DNA from: Sulfurimonadaceae bacterium
Lineage (GTDB): Bacteria > Campylobacterota > Campylobacteria > Campylobacterales > Sulfurimonadaceae
DNA: 33,618 bases
NCBI GenBank assembly: GCA_041562555.1
Contig: JBFEXS010000013.1
Span: forward strand, 1 to 33,618
Direction: 5' to 3'
The notes under the pieces were generated by a model, which had not been told where the DNA came from, made no database searches, and saw only the letters and a list, made by a program, of their open reading frames with translations. Below, piece after piece: positions 27,454 to 33,618 of the stretch; positions within the stretch are counted from its first letter, which is position 1; the number at the start of each line of letters is the position of its first letter. Made by a program: the position numbers and the translations under genes.

Positions 27454-28349
27454 TAAAACTCTCTACTCATCATATCCTCTAAGATACTTACTAATTCCGT
27501 CTCATGATGCTGGGCAACAGCCTGCATCGCCTCATCACTCAAGCGACGAGCCAATGCATATGAAGCCTCAACGGATTTATGTTCCTTCATCTGAGCCTTG
27601 ATCCACAATGACTCATCCGCATCCAGGGTCTGTAAATGAGCCGATTCAAGTCTTTGTTTTCCACCTTCATCCAGGGCACTGTGAAGGTAAATATACGGAA
27701 GAGTCGTTTTCCCCTCTTTGTAATCATTCAACGCAGGTTTGCCCAGCGTCTTTTCATCAGACACAATGTCCAGAATATCATCGATAATCTGAAAAGCCAA
27801 GCCAAGGTTTTTCCCGTAAAGCTTGTAATCCTGGGCTTGTTTTCCCACAAGCAGTGCCGCACAATACGCAGTAGCCTCGATCAAAGAGGCTGTCTTTTTA
27901 TAGATCATGTCGATATAGGTATCTTCATTGGCGTTAAAATGTTCTCCCATTTTCACATCAATATATTCACCGATAGAAAGGGTCGTAACCGCTCGGGATA
28001 CACAGCGGGAGATCTCGGTATCAAATGAGACCAACTCTGTAAAAGCCTTGGAATACAGGACATCACCCATCATCACTGCAACCTTGGAGCCGTCAGTGGC
28101 ATTGATAGATGCGACCCCGCGGCGGGTTGCCGCCTCATCGATAACATCATCATGTAAAAGGCTCGCTGCATGGATCAGCTCGATGATCGAGGCAAGCCTG
28201 ACAGATGCTTCTGTTTCACCGGCGATCTTCAGTACCAATTTTGCACGAAGACGTTTACCCTTGGGAAGATTTTTGAATAAAAGAGTGATCTCATCATTTG
28301 CCAACTCCTCGATCCAAGTCAACATACATTTTTCTACAGCGTTCAACAT
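27453..28349 (-). CDS. ispB: Polyprenyl (octaprenyl/heptaprenyl) diphosphate synthase
   Basis: GKRLR, HAASLLHDDVID, RRG, KTASL, FQIIDDILD, GKTTLP. Confidence 0.9.
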   Translation of the reverse strand: MLNAVEKCMLTWIEELANDEITLLFKNLPKGKRLRAKLVLKIAGETEASVRLASIIELIHAASLLHDDVIDEAATRRGVASINATDGSKVAVMMGDVLYSKAFTELVSFDTEISRCVSRAVTTLSIGEYIDVKMGEHFNANEDTYIDMIYKKTASLIEATAYCAALLVGKQAQDYKLYGKNLGLAFQIIDDILDIVSDEKTLGKPALNDYKEGKTTLPYIYLHSALDEGGKQRLESAHLQTLDADESLWIKAQMKEHKSVEASYALARRLSDEAMQAVAQHHETELVSILEDMMSREF

Positions 28350-28357
28350 TGATTACA

Positions 28358-28762
28358 TCAACTCTCTTTCATCTCTATAAGGGCTCTTTTCTCAGGATCG
28401 TCAATCAAAATATCAAAATGTGCCTGAGCTGTTTTGTGATCAAATTTTTTAAAGATCAGATACAGATAAGGCACCCGTTTATACGCTGATATTTTAGGTA
28501 ACAACCGTACCCTATAGCTATCTTTTTTGTAATGTTTGTATAAGATAAACTGTGAGGCTCTATCGTTATAGTTTAGATGCATCACCAAACCGTCTCCGGC
28601 AAAAAGCGTCCATCTAAACCGCAAGACCCGAAGTGAGCCCTGTTCTTTTACCAAGACCGTCTGTATTTGATCTTTACTTAGACGTATCTCTTTGGTATAG
28701 CTCCACTCTGCTGAGTGTGCCAAAGCGACAAACAGCAAAAACAGAACTATAAATTTACGCAT
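28358..28762 (-). CDS. Exported hypothetical protein at the head of the ispB-hemA operon
   Basis: Signal peptide ending AHS-A; FRWTLF motif; same position as the exported protein upstream of polyprenyl synthase in Campylobacter. Confidence 0.75.
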   Translation of the reverse strand: MRKFIVLFLLFVALAHSAEWSYTKEIRLSKDQIQTVLVKEQGSLRVLRFRWTLFAGDGLVMHLNYNDRASQFILYKHYKKDSYRVRLLPKISAYKRVPYLYLIFKKFDHKTAQAHFDILIDDPEKRALIEMKES

Positions 28763-28793
28763 ACTTATACTTCTTTTTGTAAAAAATTTTCAG

Positions 28794-28802
28794 ATTATAC
28801 CA
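28794..28802 (-). promoter_or_regulatory. Extended -10 (TGGTATAAT) for the ispB-hemA-proS operon
   Basis: Perfect TGnTATAAT about 32 nt upstream of ATG 28762. Confidence 0.65.
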
Positions 28803-28856
28803 CAGCAAACTTAGTGCTTGCCTTAGTAGAACAACTTTGCTTGCAGCAGCGCTATA

Positions 28857-29510
28857 TCAGAATCGGATAGGAGCAAACTCTTCTTCCAAAATCGTCTCAA
28901 ACCTGCTGACGATCTCTCTATCCTGCATGCCATTGTCATATAAGGCATTGAGGTACTGATCCTTATTTCGCAAGAAGTGCACATTCGTGATCATATCGTT
29001 GAATTCCTGGATATAAGGCTTGAACTTTTCATAGCAGTGCTTTTGAAAGACCTCCTTGTACTGCAAAGCCATATCCCCACGGGCATCCGGTCCCAACAAA
29101 GGATCGATCATATTGGGTATATAGACAATATTCCAGGGTGCATTGAACGCCAATACGTTTCTACTCCTTGAGAAGATCGAAGCCAACTGATAATTGCGCA
29201 GGTCCTTGGACTTTTTATACCCGCTCAGAGTCTCCATGATCTTGGTCGGAGATTGTGTATTCGAAGGATCTTTTTTAACGTGCTGGTTTTCCATTACCTT
29301 CGCATAAAAATCATAAAAGAGTTGATTGGTCAACGAATCTTTCACACCACGTATGAACAGCGGTTTGTTCGATGCCAGTTTTTGCTTCAGAGCATCCCAC
29401 TCCTTTTTAACTTTTTCATCCGGAATATAGATCGATTTTTCCAAACCAAACCTAAAAAACTCCTCCTGGGAAATATATTCAGGTATCAATCCCTCATATG
29501 CATCAATCAT
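28857..29510 (-). CDS. Cytoplasmic hypothetical protein
   Basis: 217-aa ORF with GAGGAG SD; no signal or TM segment. Confidence 0.8.
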   Translation of the reverse strand: MIDAYEGLIPEYISQEEFFRFGLEKSIYIPDEKVKKEWDALKQKLASNKPLFIRGVKDSLTNQLFYDFYAKVMENQHVKKDPSNTQSPTKIMETLSGYKKSKDLRNYQLASIFSRSRNVLAFNAPWNIVYIPNMIDPLLGPDARGDMALQYKEVFQKHCYEKFKPYIQEFNDMITNVHFLRNKDQYLNALYDNGMQDREIVSRFETILEEEFAPIRF

Positions 29511-29529
29511 CTATTCTCCTCTATTATAT

Positions 29530-30129
29530 TTACGGCGCTACAGGTACTATCTCTATAGATTCTGCAAACACAAGTTCACACGCTCCCGAACCGGTATCAT
29601 TGCGACTTAGTGAGCTTTTCCAATGCCATCCATCTGCAGCATCAACTCTGACGAGCTTACCCCGGATGTGAACGACATCCCCTGTACGGATCTTTTCTAG
29701 CTGTGATTCTATCTGATCATCCTTAGGAATAATATGCATATTCGCACTATGTGTCTCTATTTCACGTCTGGGAATGGGAAAATTCCGGGTACGCCATCGA
29801 TACCAACGGCCCGATTGGGATATCTCAATAGCCTGTAAGACCTGTTCATCAGACATGCGTCCCCATCCCAGAGCAAGGTCAGTAGGTGACAGATCTGCTT
29901 CACGGCCCAGATAATAATTCTCACGCGACAGAACCTTGGCTTTAATGCTAAAATCTGCCAATGGGGTAATGGTATACTCTTTGAAACCAAACCTCATGCC
30001 TTGTCCTAGGTCTTTCTGTACGGGTGATTCAACTGCTTTGACGCCGATACCCAACTCTACCTCATCACTCTTGAAAAAAAGTATCCATATGCCTAAGACA
30101 AGCAGTATATAGACTAAAACCTTATTCAT
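29530..30129 (-). CDS. Membrane-anchored/exported conserved hypothetical protein
   Basis: N-terminal hydrophobic anchor; DLALGWG, HSANMHIIP, WKSSLSRNDTGSGACE motifs. Confidence 0.8.
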   Translation of the reverse strand: MNKVLVYILLVLGIWILFFKSDEVELGIGVKAVESPVQKDLGQGMRFGFKEYTITPLADFSIKAKVLSRENYYLGREADLSPTDLALGWGRMSDEQVLQAIEISQSGRWYRWRTRNFPIPRREIETHSANMHIIPKDDQIESQLEKIRTGDVVHIRGKLVRVDAADGWHWKSSLSRNDTGSGACELVFAESIEIVPVAP

Positions 30130-30140
30130 CTGATTTTTCC

Positions 30141-33100
30141 CTACAATAAGGGCTTACGCTTGGGAACCCGTTTGACTACGCTGTACAGAAGCGGAATATA
30201 CAAAAGGTTTAAAATGGTTGCCCAGGCAATACCGAACCCTAGAGAGACTGCCATCGGCTGCAGTATCATTGCCTGACCCGATGCAAAGAATATCAAGGTG
30301 GACAAACCCAATACCGTCGTAATCGAAGTCAGTACAATCGGACGTAAACGGGTCTTTGCCAAAGAGACGAGCTCTTGCGTGTTCTTCGCCCTTCGAATAA
30401 ACAGTACCATCAGGATTCCGTCGTTTACGACCACTCCGACCAGACCAATAGCACCAATTAGGCTCGGCATCGTCATATTCAATCCCATCAGCATATGACC
30501 GGCAAGTACACCCAGTCCGATCAGCAAGACATTGGAAAGGACGATCATTGAATTTACAATAGAATCAAAAAGCCATACCAGAGAGATAAAGATCAGGAAG
30601 AGTGCGACGATAAAGGCTTGGGAAAGTTCACGCTTTGTCTTCTCATTCTCTTCCTGTTCACCTTTCACATCTACACCATATCCTTCTTCTCTGAGCTTCT
30701 GTACCAATGGCGTGAGAGTTTCCGTCATCTCTCCAGCCGTTATCTTATCCTTGTCCAAGGAAGCAAAAATCGATCGTATACGTTTTCCGTCTTCTTTCAG
30801 GATACTGACATAGGCCTTTTGAAAGATAAAATCAACCACCTCATCCAGCCGTACCCTTTGACGTGTCCCCGGTACATCCAACTCGACATCTCTGAGTCTG
30901 TCATAGGAGTCTTTATCACTGCTTTCAATGCGTATGCGCACCAGACCGTTCTGTCCGAACATCTTTCCATACTCTCCCTGAAGGTAAAGCGCACGCAGTT
31001 GTGAATTTAACACCTCTTCGTTAAACCCAAGTTTTTGTCCATAGGCATTGATACGAAGCTTCACCTCTTTTTCACCCTCGGTAGCATCATTTGCAATGTT
31101 GAATACGCCTTCATGCTTGCGCATCAGATCACTGATACGCTCCAGTCCCTTAATCAGTTCCTTGTCACTTTTGCCCGACAGAGAGATCTCAACATCATTT
31201 TTGACCACCCCTGTACCTGGAACAGTCACGATAATCTCATCAAATACCTTAAGACCCTTTTCTTCTTTGTTCCGATATTTTTCAACGATCTTTTTGATGT
31301 CTTCAGCAATTGCCCTTGCCTCTTTTTCCCGGGTCAACAGTGCGGCATCATATTCCACCGAGATATAAGGATTGATGTACTTCTCAAATAGATTGCTGGG
31401 AGCACGCTCACTCAGATCCATAAAGATGTGAAACAGGTTTTCTCCGACTTCCGCATGGTTTTTCGCATCCAGCCGCATACCGACGGTAGAGGTGATAGAG
31501 ACCATCTCCCCCTCTTTTTTATACGCCAGAATATCCTGCTCGATCTCGGAGATGATCTTCTCCGTATCTTTTAGATCATGATTGATCTCTAGTTTTCCCG
31601 TAACAAAGACCTGCGTGACATCAAATTCGGGAAAAAGCTGAAAACGGGTCATCGATCCAAGCAAAAAAGTCAACGCCAGGATACTCGAGACGATGACTCC
31701 CAAAGCGATATCACGTCTGTTCTCTAAAAAGATCAATACTCTTGCATATGCCCGATACAGCTTATCCCACATCTCATGACTTACATGGTCCTCCCGGCGT
31801 ACCCGTAAAAAGTCCTTGGCATGAAGGGGAAGGAAATAGAATGCTTCAAAAAGCGAACTGATCAGTAACACAGAAATCATGATCGGAAGGATATTGATAA
31901 AAGCGCCCATCTCCCCGGTCATCATCAACAAGGGAACGAAGGCAAATACCGTTGTCAAAGTAGCAGCAAGAACGGCAGGAAACATCTCTACTGTTCCTTC
32001 AATGACCGCCTCACGTCTCTCCTTACCCATCTCCAGGTGACGATAGATATTCTCTGCAACGACTATCGCCTCATCCACCAGCATTCCCAATGCGATCAAT
32101 CCGCCAAGGAGGGAAAGCATGTTCAAGGAGTATCCTATCTTTTGTGTGACGATCAAACCGATCATAAAGGAGAGAGGAATACCCATAGCAACCACGACTG
32201 CGATTCCTCTGTTGACTGTCAGCATCATGGATAAGAAGACAAGAAAAAGACCGAACATGATATTGGAAAAGACTGTATTAAGACGGTTTTTGATCCAGAC
32301 CGAAGTATCTCCGTAGATATCAAAATTAAACTCCGGATACTTGAGTGTATACTCTTTAAGAAGAACCCGAAGTTCCTTTACCAGCGCAATGGAGTTTCCG
32401 GACTTCGATTTGGTGATGTTTATACTGATCGTCGGGACTCCGTTAAAGTGGGATATCTCACTCTGTTCCGATATTGTGAACCTGACATCGGCCACATCCT
32501 CCAGACGCACGCGTTTACCGGATATGTTCAAAAGCATGTTCTTAAGCTTTCGTATATCCTGTTCACCGTTACTGGTGCTGATATAAAGGTGCTTACCCCT
32601 TTCTTTAATCGTTCCGATCGGAAAGATCGAACTGATAGATGAAAGCGAACGTATGACTTCATCACTTTTAAGGGAAAAAGCTTCGATCTTCGCAAGATTC
32701 AGTTTCACTAAAAGTTCTTCGTCTGCGTCACCGCGAATACTGATCTCGTTAAGGTCTTTGAACAATGATATCCTGGACTTCAGCTTCTCTGCCATGGCGA
32801 GCAGTTCTTGTGTCGGTTTTTGCGCCGATATCGCGACCTGTGTCAGGGGGATAGACTCTTCAAACAGGCGTGCGATCGGTTCATCCATATCACTTGGCAG
32901 ATCTCTTTTGCTTTTGGCTATAGCATCTTTGACATCATTCAGGGCCGAAATGTTATCCGCATTCTTCTTGATATCCGCCGTAATCTTGAAACTTCCGTTT
33001 TTGACTTCTGTAGTCAAGGTATCCAAAGCGTTGATATTTTTAAGTTCATCTTCGATGTTTTTGACGGCCATCTTGTCCATGACATCCGCACTTGTACCGG

Positions 33101-33260
33101 CATAAGCACCGGTGACGACAACCTTATCCATCTGAATAGGCGGAAAAATCTCTTTGGGAATATTGATGTACGAGAGCGTTGCAAGAACTACGATAAACGT
33201 CAAGAAGATATGGTTCAACAGCGGTTTGTCAATGGCGAACTCAATCAATTTACGCAACAT
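30141..33260 (-). CDS. RND-family (AcrB-like) efflux transporter permease
   Basis: 1039 aa; PKEIFP, GMLVDEAIVVAEN, ATLTTVFAFVP, GVVVNDGI, RLRPIVLTSITT; two large periplasmic loops. Confidence 0.93.
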   Translation of the reverse strand: MLRKLIEFAIDKPLLNHIFLTFIVVLATLSYINIPKEIFPPIQMDKVVVTGAYAGTSADVMDKMAVKNIEDELKNINALDTLTTEVKNGSFKITADIKKNADNISALNDVKDAIAKSKRDLPSDMDEPIARLFEESIPLTQVAISAQKPTQELLAMAEKLKSRISLFKDLNEISIRGDADEELLVKLNLAKIEAFSLKSDEVIRSLSSISSIFPIGTIKERGKHLYISTSNGEQDIRKLKNMLLNISGKRVRLEDVADVRFTISEQSEISHFNGVPTISINITKSKSGNSIALVKELRVLLKEYTLKYPEFNFDIYGDTSVWIKNRLNTVFSNIMFGLFLVFLSMMLTVNRGIAVVVAMGIPLSFMIGLIVTQKIGYSLNMLSLLGGLIALGMLVDEAIVVAENIYRHLEMGKERREAVIEGTVEMFPAVLAATLTTVFAFVPLLMMTGEMGAFINILPIMISVLLISSLFEAFYFLPLHAKDFLRVRREDHVSHEMWDKLYRAYARVLIFLENRRDIALGVIVSSILALTFLLGSMTRFQLFPEFDVTQVFVTGKLEINHDLKDTEKIISEIEQDILAYKKEGEMVSITSTVGMRLDAKNHAEVGENLFHIFMDLSERAPSNLFEKYINPYISVEYDAALLTREKEARAIAEDIKKIVEKYRNKEEKGLKVFDEIIVTVPGTGVVKNDVEISLSGKSDKELIKGLERISDLMRKHEGVFNIANDATEGEKEVKLRINAYGQKLGFNEEVLNSQLRALYLQGEYGKMFGQNGLVRIRIESSDKDSYDRLRDVELDVPGTRQRVRLDEVVDFIFQKAYVSILKEDGKRIRSIFASLDKDKITAGEMTETLTPLVQKLREEGYGVDVKGEQEENEKTKRELSQAFIVALFLIFISLVWLFDSIVNSMIVLSNVLLIGLGVLAGHMLMGLNMTMPSLIGAIGLVGVVVNDGILMVLFIRRAKNTQELVSLAKTRLRPIVLTSITTVLGLSTLIFFASGQAMILQPMAVSLGFGIAWATILNLLYIPLLYSVVKRVPKRKPLL

Positions 33261-33269
33261 GGCTTGACC

Positions 33270-33554
33270 TTAAAAAAGTGTATCCAGGATCTGGTTTTTG
33301 AATTTTTTCTGCTCGACTTCATGGGTGATTAGCTTATGTTCTTCTTTAAGGCTCTTATACTCACGCTCGAGCGCAGAGATCTCACGGCTTTTGTAATAGA
33401 TACTGCTTTGCAAAAAGATCTTAGGAAAAGCAAGCAGAAGGACTAAAAAGACACCCATAAACACAGACAACAGGTACGAAAGGGGAATCTGCTTTTGCTC
33501 ACCGATGACAGTATCGATCTCACTTAAGATCTCATGCTTCTCATTATGTTCCAA
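33270..33554 (-). CDS. FtsL-like bitopic coiled-coil protein downstream of rsmH
   Basis: Short cytoplasmic N-terminus, one TM, PKI..IYYKSREI, leucine-zipper-like tail; TTG start overlaps the end of rsmH. Confidence 0.7.
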   Translation of the reverse strand: MEHNEKHEILSEIDTVIGEQKQIPLSYLLSVFMGVFLVLLLAFPKIFLQSSIYYKSREISALEREYKSLKEEHKLITHEVEQKKFKNQILDTLF

Positions 33555-33618
33555 ACTTAAACACCCTCATCTTTGCTGATCTGCTGCGCACATTTTCCTT
33601 TAACTCATCGCTCTTCGC
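33544..33618 (-). CDS. rsmH: 16S rRNA m4C1402 methyltransferase, C-terminal fragment
   Basis: Hand translation: AKSDELKENVRSRSAKMRVFKFGT*, matching the RsmH NxRSRSAKxR terminus. Confidence 0.85.
   Translation of the reverse strand, partial: AKSDELKENVRSRSAKMRVFKFGT

Overview
Chromosomal segment of a Campylobacterota bacterium, probably Sulfurimonas/Sulfurovum-like. This is inferred from Campylobacter-type gene order, a futalosine-pathway UbiD-like gene and TATAAT/TAGAAT promoters. Most of the window is minus-strand housekeeping: efp; pheS-pheT-aroA-ispH // rpsA-hyp-serA; argH-osmC; hyp-ispB-hemA-proS-fxsA-dsb-hemC-ubiD-like; rsmH(partial)-ftsL-like-RND-hyp-hyp. I saw no mobile elements, CRISPR arrays, tRNAs or rRNAs. 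The accessory genes are more unusual. (1) A lapG-lapD c-di-GMP module whose LapG has Ser in place of the catalytic Cys (GDSEDY), seems to be transcribed leaderless, and is followed by three covarying hairpins with an identical linker plus a three-way-junction element. (2) An orphan response regulator that splits ispH from rpsA. (3) A MauG-like di-heme lipoprotein behind Fur/PerR-type boxes, lacking the inter-heme Trp. (4) A 650-aa lipoprotein with a periodic 12-Cys helical insert, next to a probable His/Cys cytochrome c. (5) A ProRS that lacks its editing domain. (6) An unannotated 33-aa membrane peptide and a candidate anti-Shine-Dalgarno sRNA. All calls come from reading motifs by eye; no database searches were run.
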